Shown here: positions 8,937 through 18,159 of the stretch, in pieces | Layout of the letters: every line of letters starts with the position of its first letter | Position numbering within the stretch: the stretch's first letter is position 1 | Source: Candidatus Levyibacteriota bacterium | GTDB taxonomy: Bacteria > Patescibacteriota > Microgenomatia > Levybacterales > UBA12049 | DNA length: 49,861 nucleotides | NCBI GenBank assembly: GCA_038205015.1 | Contig: JBBRCK010000001.1 | Location: 1-49,861 of the forward strand | Direction of reading: 5' to 3' | Notes under the pieces: generated by a model | What the model was told of the DNA's origin: nothing | The model's database searches: none | What the model saw: only the letters and a program-made list of their open reading frames with translations | Made by a program: the position numbers and the translations under genes

Positions 8937-9665
8937 TCAAAAAGTAGGTGTTGCTATATAGTTTAATATACTTGTATATAGTCCTGCTGCTTGAGTATTG
9001 GTAACATTTACCTTATATGTTATATCAGATTTTCTGCTTCTTGACACAGTAGTGGAACTCATTACAACTGTGGCTGAAGGAGAGGATATAAAGGGTTTGT
9101 AAAAAGTTGAGTTAGTAAATCCAGTTGCGCAATCCGTGCCGGTGACATTGGCACAATTATACCCAAAACCATATACCAGACTGCTTGACCAAACAGCTGC
9201 GGTTGACGGAGTACAATTTCCGGCGTCACAAGTTGTGGCAGGAATCTCGCGGCCGGTAGAATTAACTCTTAAGTTGTGATTTTGTGAAACAGTGACTTGA
9301 TATCCACGAGCGGAGTCATTAGATACCGTAAGTCGATTGGCTCTAGTTACCGGTGTGCCAGGAGTGATTAGTCCAAAATCAATAAGAATAGTTGAAAGAG
9401 AAAATCTAAAAGGATAAATGGAATATATATACTGAAAGCCCGCTCTGACCTTGAAATTAGGTCCGGTAAAAAGATTTGCGCCTGTTTGTCCAACAGTAAA
9501 GCTTACTTTATAGTTTGGTCCGGTTGGTTTTCCGGCAACAGAGTTAAGATTACCCATTCTAATAATGTAATTATTATTAGTCATGGTTTGAGCGCTTGCA
9601 GAACCCATATATAAAAGAAGATAAATTATGCTTAAAACAAGCACAAAGTAGAAATTTTTAATCAT
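8937..9665 (-). CDS. Secreted pilin/WxL-like surface protein (class A)
   Basis: Signal peptide, N-terminal xNY repeats, IDFGLITPG, VSNDSARGY, two Cys pairs, and C-terminus AAGLYTSILNYIATPTF. Confidence 0.65.
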   Translation of the reverse strand: MIKNFYFVLVLSIIYLLLYMGSASAQTMTNNNYIIRMGNLNSVAGKPTGPNYKVSFTVGQTGANLFTGPNFKVRAGFQYIYSIYPFRFSLSTILIDFGLITPGTPVTRANRLTVSNDSARGYQVTVSQNHNLRVNSTGREIPATTCDAGNCTPSTAAVWSSSLVYGFGYNCANVTGTDCATGFTNSTFYKPFISSPSATVVMSSTTVSRSRKSDITYKVNVTNTQAAGLYTSILNYIATPTF

Positions 9666-10297
9666 AACTTGGATTCTTGTCTTAAATCTTCTGTTTCCTC
9701 TAATACTTCGTTTAGTTTTTCCATATCTTTTTCCTTTAAGTTTTGTTTTTCATCTTTAATTACTGCTTCGATATCCTCAGAAATCGTATCTGCGGCGTCT
9801 TTTGTTCTTTCTTCCAAGCTTTCCAGTTCTTCCTGTTGATCTTCATTTCTTCTGTATTCTTTGCCAAAGAAAAAAGCCAACGGGGAAATAAGTACCAGTG
9901 AGCCAAGCTTTAAGATATTATTGGTAATATCGTTTCTCATAACTTCCGGAGCAAAAACTAAAAGTGCGCCAATCACAAAAATAAAAGTAATTGAGGGTTC
10001 AAAAACAAACGAAATGCCAAATCCTAAGAAATATAATAGGAAGAAAAGAGGCGAGTTAATCGAATCGGTTGAAAAAATAAGGATAAAAATAAGCGTATTA
10101 AGGATAAAAATTCCCCAAGGGCCTTCGCCGCCTAAGTTTAAAAATCCTTTGCCTTTGTTTCTAAGCGAAGCAATCAAATAAAGGGCAATTAAAAGTCCTA
10201 AAATAGGAGTAGTAAGGGAAGACAAGGGGGTCATTTCAAATATAAATATTAAAATGAAAGAAAGGATTAACACTAAGCTTTCGGAAATTATCTTCAT
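9662..10297 (-). CDS. Multi-pass membrane protein with C-terminal acidic coiled coil
   Basis: About 5-6 hydrophobic helices (including NSPLFFLLYFL) followed by an E/K/D-rich helical tail. It overlaps the next gene by 4 bp. Confidence 0.8.
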   Translation of the reverse strand: MKIISESLVLILSFILIFIFEMTPLSSLTTPILGLLIALYLIASLRNKGKGFLNLGGEGPWGIFILNTLIFILIFSTDSINSPLFFLLYFLGFGISFVFEPSITFIFVIGALLVFAPEVMRNDITNNILKLGSLVLISPLAFFFGKEYRRNEDQQEELESLEERTKDAADTISEDIEAVIKDEKQNLKEKDMEKLNEVLEETEDLRQESKL

Positions 10298-10303
10298 ACT
10301 ACT

Positions 10304-10350
10304 ATCGTAGGCAATATGTTGTAAAAGTTCAAGTAGACTTATGCTATACT
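10304..10350. promoter_or_regulatory. Divergent, probably leaderless promoters for 9662..10297 and leuS
   Basis: Minus strand: TTGAAC-17-TACGAT, 6 nt, ATG. Plus strand: extended -10 TGcTATACT (10342-10350), 6 nt, ATG 10357. Confidence 0.6.
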
Positions 10351-10356
10351 TTAGCT

Positions 10357-12612
10357 ATGAAAAAAATAGGAAAATACTTTCCAAAAGATGTCGAACCAAA
10401 ATGGCAGGAAATCTGGGCCAAAGACGGACTTTATAAGTTTCCAAAAAATCCTAAAAAGAAATATTATAATTTAGTTGAACTCCCGTATCCTTCGGGTGAT
10501 TTACATATGGGGCATTGGTTTAATTTTGCAACCGCTGACGTGCACGCAAGATATAAAAGAATGTCGGGATTTGATGTTTTTTTCCCAAATGGCTTTGATG
10601 CTTTCGGTTTACCGGCAGAAAACGCTGCAATAAAACACAATATTCATCCCAAAGATTGGACAATGAAAAATATTGAAACCATGACTTTGCAGTTTAAAAC
10701 CATAGGGACAATGATTGACTGGGATTACACTACAATTACTTGTTTACCGGAATTTTACCGCTGGAACCAATGGATTTTCTTAAAAATGTTTGAAAAAGGG
10801 ATTGCATACAGGGGTAAGGCTTTGTCTAATTGGTGTCCGGTAGATCAAACAGTTTTGGCAAATGAACATATCGAAGCGGGAAAATGTTGGAGATGCGGTA
10901 GCGAAGTTATTCAAAAAGAAGTCGAGCAATGGTTTTTAAAGATAACCGATTATGCCGACAGTTTAATTTGGCCTGAAAATCCAAAAGTCGACTGGCCAAA
11001 AGAAGTCAGAGAAGGGCAGAATAACTGGATTGGAAAAAGTGAAGGAATGCTAATTGATTTTGGAGAGATAGGGGTTTTTACCACCAGGCCGGAGACGTCG
11101 GACGGTGCTACGTTTTTGGTAGTTGCGCCGGAGCATAAATTCGCACAAGCAATAGAATCACAAGAAGTTAAGGATTACATTAAGCAAGCCTCAAAAAAGA
11201 CTGAGATGGAGAGAAAAGAAGACCGAACAAAGTCGGGAATCTTTACGGGTAAATATGTTAAAAATCCGGTAACAAATAAAGATATTCCGGTTTGGGTATC
11301 CGATTATGTATTAGCAGGATATGGAACAGGTGCGATAATGGCGGTCCCATTTGCCGATGAAAGAGATAAGGAATTTGCTGAGAAGTTTAATCTTCCAATT
11401 GTTGAGACCTCGTTTAAAGCTAAGCCCGAGGGTAAAAAAACCGTTAATTACCATCTTCGGGATTGGTCGATATCAAGGCAAAGGTATTGGGGAACGCCAG
11501 TTCCAATAGTTTACTGTGCTGAATGCGGATTAGTACCGGTTCCAATGGCTGATTTGCCAATTGAACTTCCTTATAATGTTGATTACACGCCAAAAGGCAA
11601 GCCGCCACTAGCAACAGACGAAGAATGGTTAAACGTAAAATGTCCAAAATGCGGGCACGATGCAAAAAGAGATGCAGAAACCTTAGACACCTTCTTTGAT
11701 AGTGCCTGGTATTACTATCGTTATGTTTCACCTAATTTTGATAAAGGTCCATTTGACGAAAAGGAAGTTGGAAAAATTATGCCGGTTGACGTTTATGTTG
11801 GAGGCTCGGAGCATATTTTGGGTCACACTTTGTATGCTCGGTTTTTCACAAAGTTTTTCAAGGAAATTGGCTTGGTTTCATTTGATGAATTTGCTTTAAA
11901 AAGAGTTCAGCACGGAGTAATTTTAGGACCTGATGGGAATCGTATGAGTAAAAGCAAGGGAAACGTGGTTAATCCTGACAAAGTGGTAAAGGAATATGGT
12001 GCTGATGCGGTAAGGCTTTACCTTTGTTTTATGATGCCATACGAAGCAACTGCGCCATGGTCAACGGGGGCAATTTCGGGAATTTATAGATTTTTAAAAA
12101 GAATTTGGGAGTTGTCAGAAAAAGTTGAAACAGTACATCCCAATGTATCAGACCTTACTATGATGCATAAAACAATTAAAAAAGTAGGGGATGATTTAAA
12201 CAATTTTCATTTCAATACTGCGGTTTCAAGCCTGATGTCTTGGTTAAATTATTTAAGCGTCAAGCAGACTTCAAAAGAGGAATACGATACTTTTTTGAAG
12301 CTATTAGCCCCATTTGCGCCACATATTACCGAGGAACTTTATCACTTAAATGACTTAAGTGCTAACTCGATACATTTAGATAATTGGCCGACAATTCAAT
12401 CTAAATACTTAATTGAAGAAGAACTTAGGATCGTCGTGCAGGTTAACGGTAGATTAAGAGATACAATTATAACGCAAAATACAAATCTTAAAAATCAAAA
12501 CTTAATCGAAGAGGAAGCGAAGAAATGTGTTAATGTTCAAAAATATCTGGAAGGGCAGGCAATTAAGAAAGTAATTTATGTAGAAGGTAAGCTGATTAAT
12601 TTTGTTATTTAA
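10357..12612 (+). CDS. leuS: Leucine--tRNA ligase
   Basis: PYPSGDLHMGH (HIGH), GFDAFGLPAENAA, DWSISRQRYWGTP, RMSKSKGN (KMSKS), and C-terminal VQVNGRLR. Confidence 0.98.
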   Translation: MKKIGKYFPKDVEPKWQEIWAKDGLYKFPKNPKKKYYNLVELPYPSGDLHMGHWFNFATADVHARYKRMSGFDVFFPNGFDAFGLPAENAAIKHNIHPKDWTMKNIETMTLQFKTIGTMIDWDYTTITCLPEFYRWNQWIFLKMFEKGIAYRGKALSNWCPVDQTVLANEHIEAGKCWRCGSEVIQKEVEQWFLKITDYADSLIWPENPKVDWPKEVREGQNNWIGKSEGMLIDFGEIGVFTTRPETSDGATFLVVAPEHKFAQAIESQEVKDYIKQASKKTEMERKEDRTKSGIFTGKYVKNPVTNKDIPVWVSDYVLAGYGTGAIMAVPFADERDKEFAEKFNLPIVETSFKAKPEGKKTVNYHLRDWSISRQRYWGTPVPIVYCAECGLVPVPMADLPIELPYNVDYTPKGKPPLATDEEWLNVKCPKCGHDAKRDAETLDTFFDSAWYYYRYVSPNFDKGPFDEKEVGKIMPVDVYVGGSEHILGHTLYARFFTKFFKEIGLVSFDEFALKRVQHGVILGPDGNRMSKSKGNVVNPDKVVKEYGADAVRLYLCFMMPYEATAPWSTGAISGIYRFLKRIWELSEKVETVHPNVSDLTMMHKTIKKVGDDLNNFHFNTAVSSLMSWLNYLSVKQTSKEEYDTFLKLLAPFAPHITEELYHLNDLSANSIHLDNWPTIQSKYLIEEELRIVVQVNGRLRDTIITQNTNLKNQNLIEEEAKKCVNVQKYLEGQAIKKVIYVEGKLINFVI

Positions 12613-13016
12613 TGGAATCTGTGGCTATTTCCTCCAGATTGCTGAATTTTGCTAGAAAATATTGACTAACCCTAAGCCTAGGATCGGTTAGTTTGATATT
12701 CTTTATATATGGTTTGATAGCTTTATTTGGATCCTCAAATTCTTCCGATATTAAGTTTTCACACAACAGCTTGGCCTCGAATGTTTCACAAAATCAACCG
12801 AAACCAACAGAAATAATAATTGACATAGAAGGATAAGTTATTAAGCCGGGCATCTACAAAATGCTTCAGGGTTCTATTATTCAAGATGCTTTAGTTGTAC
12901 CAGGCGGCTTGTCGGAAAATACCGATAGAGATTATATTTCCAAAAATATAAATTTGGCAATTAAACTAATTGACGGACAAAAAATATATTCCAAAGATAG
13001 GCAAAACTTAACTTAA
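12612..13016 (+). pseudogene. comEA: ComEA (competence DNA receptor) pseudogene; TM plus SLBB domain, HhH domain lost
   Basis: ATG overlaps the leuS stop (TAATG). In-frame stops are TGA 12663 and TAA 12834. The SLBB motif reads IIIDIEG*VIKPGIYKMLQGSIIQDALVVPGGLSENTDRDYISKNINLAIKLIDGQKIY, with an apparent frameshift at YIPK. leuS-comEA adjacency is a known synteny. Confidence 0.85.
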
Positions 13017-13229
13017 TCCTCAGGTGTTTTATAGAAGTGAAATGGTTTGTTTAAAGATACAATTAAAGTCAAATAGTGGTATTTTTGTCAATTAAAGTAT
13101 GCGACTGCTAAACTAACGCCTATTAGACCCTGTGAAATTTTACCAAATAGCTTTAAATTAAAGAAAATAAATCGAATTTAGCAGTTATTCAAAGCATCTG
13201 ATAATGAGCAAATGTTTTACAAACTAATG

Positions 13230-14957
13230 CTAATTAATCATTGAGGAAGCAGTAGGAATACTGGTTGGAATATGTCCTTGTATAACCTGTGGAGTTTGTT
13301 CTTCCATGGGAATGGTAAAGGTAATTGCTGTTCCTTGGTTTGGCTCTGAAGAGACACTAACCTGGCCATCATGCGCCTCAACAATACCTTTTACAATATA
13401 AAGCCCGAGCCCTGTGCCTTTTTTAGATAATTCACGCGGGCTGGTACGAATTTGATAGTATTTGGAGAAGAGGTCTTTCTGCTCGTTTTCGGGAATTCCC
13501 AGGCCGTTATCAGCAACAGATATTGCTAGAAAATCCTTTTCTGGTTTGGCCGAAATAGTAATTCTTCCGTTTGGATTACTAAATTTAAGGCTATTAGAGA
13601 TTAAATTATTTAAAACCTGTGTAATTCGTTCCGGATCGATATCGATTTTTGGCAAAGGGAAATAAATGTTGGTCGAGATTAAAATCTGTTTCTTTTTTGC
13701 CTGTGGCAAGAATGGCTCGATTGAATTCTCGATAATTTTAGAGATGCCCGAAGGTTTTTTGGTGATGCTAAATCTTCCGGCTTCGATTTTTGCCGCATCT
13801 AAAACTTGATTTATCTGTTCCAGAAGATTTTTAGCCTGCAAATCAATTATTGTGAGAAGCTTTTTTTGCTGTTCTTCTTCTAGTTTGCCTTTATTATCAA
13901 AAACTTCAATCATCAATTCAGATGAATCTTTAATAGCGGTTAAAGGTGCTCTTAATTCATGAACTATCATATGAGTAAAGTCTTCTTTAATTCTGGTTAC
14001 GTCTTTGTCTAAAGTGATGTCATGAAAAAGTATAGAGGCTCCAATCGGTTTGCCTGGCTCTCTTGAGTCGGGCACAGGAGAAATAAAAGTCTGGAAAATC
14101 CTGGTATTAATAGTAACTTCCTTATCTTCGATAACGGAATTTGTTTTTAAAGCATCATCTATTTTTTCAATTAAATTGTATTGTGTACCAAGCGAGGTTA
14201 GAATGTCGGCAAATACCGGTGTTTTAGAAGAAAGATTCATAAATGATTTAGCCGCTTCGTTAATTATTAAAAGATTCATTCGAGTATCTACCATAAATAC
14301 TCCGTCGGCCAAGCCCGTGACCATTGCAGATAGCTTGCCTTTTTCGGTTTCTAGGACGTCTCTTAACCTTGAAAAAGCATTTGTGGCTTGGGCGACTATC
14401 TGGTAGAGAATGGTAATTTCTTCTTCGGTGTAAAGATTGTTGCTGGAAGACGAAACGTTAATCAATCCAACTACTTCGTCTCCAACAATTAGCGGGATAT
14501 TAAAATATGATTTAATAGATACTGTTTTTGCTTCATCCAGCGGAATGCCTGAGATTTGCTCTTCCATCTGAAGAGGATAGTTAGTAGTTAAAGCTTGTAA
14601 AGAGGCGAGCATGCTTTTTTTAACAGCCTGGATAAAAGCAGAGCTAATAGTTTGCTCGATATGTGTTTTGAAAAGCATTTTCTCATTTTTTATAACCATA
14701 CTTGAGGCGGTTGAGTAGGGGAAAAGATGTTTTAGGCTGCCAGTAATTACATCGGCGACTTTTATAATATCTAAAGTATAGCCAATCTTGTCCTGTATTT
14801 CTTTGAGAATTGAGATTTGATAGAGCCTTTGTTTTTGATAATTTTCTCTTTTTGCAAGTTGGCGTCTTAACATAATGACGCGGATTAAAAGAAATATTGC
14901 AAAAAAGTCAAAAGCAGTGGTAAAAATTACCCATAGTTGGCTTAAAAAAGGTAACAT
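13230..14957 (-). CDS. Sensor histidine kinase (TM-GAF-PAS-HisKA-HATPase_c)
   Basis: H box HELRAPLTAI, N box QVLNNLISNSLKF, G1 DNGLGI, G2 GTGLGL, GAF motif IPLIVGDEVVGLINV, PAS motif LADGVFMVD. Confidence 0.95.
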   Translation of the reverse strand: MLPFLSQLWVIFTTAFDFFAIFLLIRVIMLRRQLAKRENYQKQRLYQISILKEIQDKIGYTLDIIKVADVITGSLKHLFPYSTASSMVIKNEKMLFKTHIEQTISSAFIQAVKKSMLASLQALTTNYPLQMEEQISGIPLDEAKTVSIKSYFNIPLIVGDEVVGLINVSSSSNNLYTEEEITILYQIVAQATNAFSRLRDVLETEKGKLSAMVTGLADGVFMVDTRMNLLIINEAAKSFMNLSSKTPVFADILTSLGTQYNLIEKIDDALKTNSVIEDKEVTINTRIFQTFISPVPDSREPGKPIGASILFHDITLDKDVTRIKEDFTHMIVHELRAPLTAIKDSSELMIEVFDNKGKLEEEQQKKLLTIIDLQAKNLLEQINQVLDAAKIEAGRFSITKKPSGISKIIENSIEPFLPQAKKKQILISTNIYFPLPKIDIDPERITQVLNNLISNSLKFSNPNGRITISAKPEKDFLAISVADNGLGIPENEQKDLFSKYYQIRTSPRELSKKGTGLGLYIVKGIVEAHDGQVSVSSEPNQGTAITFTIPMEEQTPQVIQGHIPTSIPTASSMIN

Positions 14958-14963
14958 AGACAG

Positions 14964-15311
14964 TTATTTTGTAATTGCTTCAAGCTTGTCTCCGGTTCTT
15001 TTACTACCTATAACGATGATATAGGTTCCGATGACAAAGAAGAGGAATTTTGCTAATACTACCGGTGTTATAAACTGTTTTAATTGATCATAGCTTGAGA
15101 GTTGTAGGTAACTTTCGGCGGCATCAAGTAAAATTCCGATAGCGATAAACAAAACTCCTGAAGAGATATTTTTAAAGCCGTTTGCAATAATACCGGTGCC
15201 AAATTTTTTGGTAACTTTGGTCATTATGACGGCTGCAACAATTCCGGCTAGTCCGGCAATTAAGGCTCCTGCTTCGATTAAAATGGTTAAAAGCTTATCG
15301 AAATCAATCAC
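14964..15311 (-). CDS. Small 3-TM membrane protein in the two-component operon
   Basis: Three hydrophobic helices; tightly coupled to its neighbours. Confidence 0.75.
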   Translation of the reverse strand: MIDFDKLLTILIEAGALIAGLAGIVAAVIMTKVTKKFGTGIIANGFKNISSGVLFIAIGILLDAAESYLQLSSYDQLKQFITPVVLAKFLFFVIGTYIIVIGSKRTGDKLEAITK

Positions 15312-15629
15312 TTAAGCGTTACCTCCTTGATTAACAGGGTTTTCGGTTGGTGATGGAGAAGCTTGGCCTTGATTTGGATAAATAGACAGAAGTGGCTCCA
15401 TAGTTTTTTCAACAATTAAACCCGATAATTGAACAAACTGGTCAATTAAAGCTTGAATTAGTTCTTGTGGTTGTCCAGAAATATCGGTTACTGTGCCATC
15501 GTCGGCAACGGTTAGTCCCTTAACGTTTCTGGCTTTGGCAAGGGTAATTGTCGGTCCTAAAATAACAATTTGTTTTTGGATAACTTGTGTCAGAAGCGTT
15601 TTATAGTCGGTGTTGGCAGGTGGTTGCAT
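15312..15629 (-). CDS. Hypothetical cytoplasmic protein in the two-component operon
   Basis: 105-aa ORF with 0-1 bp spacing to its neighbours; core QIVILGP...KARNVKGLTV...LIDQFVQLSG. Confidence 0.75.
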   Translation of the reverse strand: MQPPANTDYKTLLTQVIQKQIVILGPTITLAKARNVKGLTVADDGTVTDISGQPQELIQALIDQFVQLSGLIVEKTMEPLLSIYPNQGQASPSPTENPVNQGGNA

Positions 15630-15630
15630 A

Positions 15631-15999
15631 TTATTGAACTTTTAATGCTTCTTTTACTTTGTTAACTACATCTCTTGGTTCAACTTGATATTTAAATAAA
15701 TAATCAATTGCTCCTTGGTCGATTGCTCCTTTAACCAATTCTTCCTGAGAAAAGTTAGACAAAAGAATTACGGGAATTGTTTTAGTAAGATCGTCGGCTT
15801 TAAGCGTTCTTAAAATGTCATTTCCGGCCATATCGGGAAGTACTTGATCTAAAAGAATAAGGTTGGGTTTTTCTGTTTTTGCTTTTTCCAAGCCTTCTTG
15901 TCCGGTTAATGAATAAACAGTCTCAAAACCATCTTTAGTTAAGGCTGCGCTGAAGATATTGGTCAGGTCTTCGTCGTCGTCGATAATTAAAACCTTCAT
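15631..15999 (-). CDS. Single-domain response regulator (CheY-like receiver)
   Basis: VLIIDDD, LILLDQVLPDMAG (phosphoacceptor Asp), IPVILLSN, GAIDYLFK. Confidence 0.95.
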   Translation of the reverse strand: MKVLIIDDDEDLTNIFSAALTKDGFETVYSLTGQEGLEKAKTEKPNLILLDQVLPDMAGNDILRTLKADDLTKTIPVILLSNFSQEELVKGAIDQGAIDYLFKYQVEPRDVVNKVKEALKVQ

Positions 16000-16006
16000 A
16001 TATTTA

Positions 16007-16035
16007 AAACTAGCAGCAAGTTAAGAAAAAAGCAA
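16007..16035 (-). promoter_or_regulatory. Leaderless-type promoter of the two-component operon
   Basis: TTGCTT-17-TAGTTT with an extended TG, 7 nt before ATG 15999. Confidence 0.5.
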
Positions 16036-16060
16036 GTGGTCGCTGCGAGATGGGTTGAGA

Positions 16061-16405
16061 TTATTTTTTATTATAATTTTGTGCGGGACTGGTGTGTCTG
16101 AATTTAAATCTATCAGGATATCTAAGGCCTTGAATTATTCCTCCGATTGCAATGCCCTTAATAACGGTAAGATATTGAAATCCTTCGTAGTTTAAAAGAG
16201 TAATAGCAGTAACGAGGGTTAAGATAGCCCAATGGTGAATATGATAAATTCTGCCACGATAATGGATTCTGACGTTTGGCAAGAGTTCAATACGCCAAAC
16301 TTTAAAAGGAGGAATCTTGTTTTTTTTCTTTTCAGGATGGGTTAGATATAAAAATAAAACATATCCTAGCCAAACAGAAAATATAAATGTAAAAAATCCA
16401 CTCAT
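16061..16405 (-). CDS. Small membrane protein with HIHHW motif
   Basis: Hydrophobic helices and YHIHHW; function unknown. Confidence 0.7.
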   Translation of the reverse strand: MSGFFTFIFSVWLGYVLFLYLTHPEKKKNKIPPFKVWRIELLPNVRIHYRGRIYHIHHWAILTLVTAITLLNYEGFQYLTVIKGIAIGGIIQGLRYPDRFKFRHTSPAQNYNKK

Positions 16406-16501
16406 ATATAATAAATTCTAACTGTATATGCTACAAGAAAGCTTAGGTATATGCAAGTGCAGAGAACTTGTTCATTTGAATATGATAAAATCAATCCATA
16501 G

Positions 16502-18112
16502 ATGGAAAACGTAAGCGAAAAAATATACTCAATTTTACAAGAAATAGTCACGGATTTAGGCATTTTAGACATAGAATTTAAAGTAGAAAGGCCAAAAGAC
16601 TTAGATCATGGAGATTTTGCTTCAAATATCGCTCTGGCTTTGTCAAAAAAATTAGACAAAAACCCCTTCGATTTGGCTTTGGAAATTTCAGAAAAAATAA
16701 AATCTCTGCCAGAATTTGAAAAAGTCGAGGCTGTAAAGCCGGGTTTTATTAATTTTTACCTTTCTAAACAATATTTAGCTTCAAATTTAAAACAAATAAT
16801 TCAACAAGGATCATCTTTTGGCACATTAAATATTGGAAAAGGTAAAAAAGTAAGCGTTGAATTTGTTAGTGCTAATCCAACTGGACCTTTGCATATTGGA
16901 AACGCCCGCGGTGGGCCATTGGGAGATACGATCGCAAATGTTTTAAATAAAGTCGGATACGCAGTAACTCGGGAGTACCTTCACAATGACGTTGGCGGGC
17001 AGGTAGGAAGATTAGGAGAGGCAATATATTTTACTATTCATCCTGACCAAAAATCTGCTGAATACGAAGTTCAGTATCAAGGAGAATATATAAAAGAATT
17101 AGCAGATGAAGTAAAAGAGTCGCTTGGGGAAGTAGACTTGTCGCAGGAAGAATTTATCGAAAAAGCTGGCAAAATTGCCGTTGAATTAATGCTAACCGAA
17201 ATTCTCAAAGATTGTGAAGGCATGGGAATTAAGTTTGATAAGGTTAGGAAAGAATCTGATTTAAGAAAAGAGGTGCCTCAGGTTCTCTCAAAGATAAGCA
17301 AATTCATTAAAGAAAAAGAAGGAGCAATGTGGTTTGCTCCGGGTGATGAATTCTTAAAAGACAGGGAGACAGTTGTGCAAAAGTCAGATGGAAATTATAC
17401 CTATTTTGCTTCGGATATTGTTTATCATAACGAAAAAATGAGTCAAAACGATATGATAATCGATATCTTAGGTGCAAACCATTCAGGTCATGAGCCAAGA
17501 ATTAAAGCCGTTGTTAAGGCTTTGGGATTTGACCCAAACAATTTAAAAGTTGTTTTATATCAGTGGATTAGGCTTAAAAGGGGAGCAGAAATTGTTAAAA
17601 TGAGTAAAAGAGCCGGTACTTTTGTGACTGCAAAAGAGGTTTTGGATGAAGTTGGTAAAGACGCTTTTAGATTTTTTCTTTTAATGCAGAATTCTTCAAC
17701 ACATATGGATTTTGATTTAGAGCTTGCAAAGAAAAAAGCCTCAGAAAACCCGGTTTTTTACGTTCAATATGCTTATACCAGGATTGCAAGCATCTTTAAA
17801 AAAGCAGTTTCAGAAAACTTTTCAGATGCAAATGTTTCAGGTCTAAGCGAAAAAGAAGAAATGGATTTAATCAGAAAATTAGTTGAGTTTCCTGACTTGG
17901 TTAAAGAAGTGTCGCAAAGCTTGGCAGCGAATAATTTAGTAAATTACGCAATGGATTTAGCTTCGCTTTTCCATAAATTCTATGAAAAACATCAGGTAAT
18001 TTCTAAAGAGGGAAAGGTAGATTTACCAAAATTAGCCTTACTTAAAGCCACGCAAATTACTCTTAAAAATACTTTAGACTTACTCGGTGTCAGTACGCCA
18101 GAAACAATGTAA
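16502..18112 (+). CDS. argS: Arginine--tRNA ligase
   Basis: HGDFASN, VEFVSANPTGPLHIGNARG, KMSKRAG, NPVFYVQYAYTRI, and C-terminal LGVSTPETM. Confidence 0.98.
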   Translation: MENVSEKIYSILQEIVTDLGILDIEFKVERPKDLDHGDFASNIALALSKKLDKNPFDLALEISEKIKSLPEFEKVEAVKPGFINFYLSKQYLASNLKQIIQQGSSFGTLNIGKGKKVSVEFVSANPTGPLHIGNARGGPLGDTIANVLNKVGYAVTREYLHNDVGGQVGRLGEAIYFTIHPDQKSAEYEVQYQGEYIKELADEVKESLGEVDLSQEEFIEKAGKIAVELMLTEILKDCEGMGIKFDKVRKESDLRKEVPQVLSKISKFIKEKEGAMWFAPGDEFLKDRETVVQKSDGNYTYFASDIVYHNEKMSQNDMIIDILGANHSGHEPRIKAVVKALGFDPNNLKVVLYQWIRLKRGAEIVKMSKRAGTFVTAKEVLDEVGKDAFRFFLLMQNSSTHMDFDLELAKKKASENPVFYVQYAYTRIASIFKKAVSENFSDANVSGLSEKEEMDLIRKLVEFPDLVKEVSQSLAANNLVNYAMDLASLFHKFYEKHQVISKEGKVDLPKLALLKATQITLKNTLDLLGVSTPETM

Positions 18113-18159
18113 TTTTTGCTTCTTCAAATTTCCATTATGCGCTGTTATAATCAATTTCT

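Noticed and set aside
12663-12665. TGA recoding (genetic code 4 or 25) to rescue comEA and the four-helix-bundle gene
   Set aside because: Both also contain TAA stops and frameshifts. Intact genes end in TGA (e.g. 8937, 34036, 35701) and use TGG for Trp.
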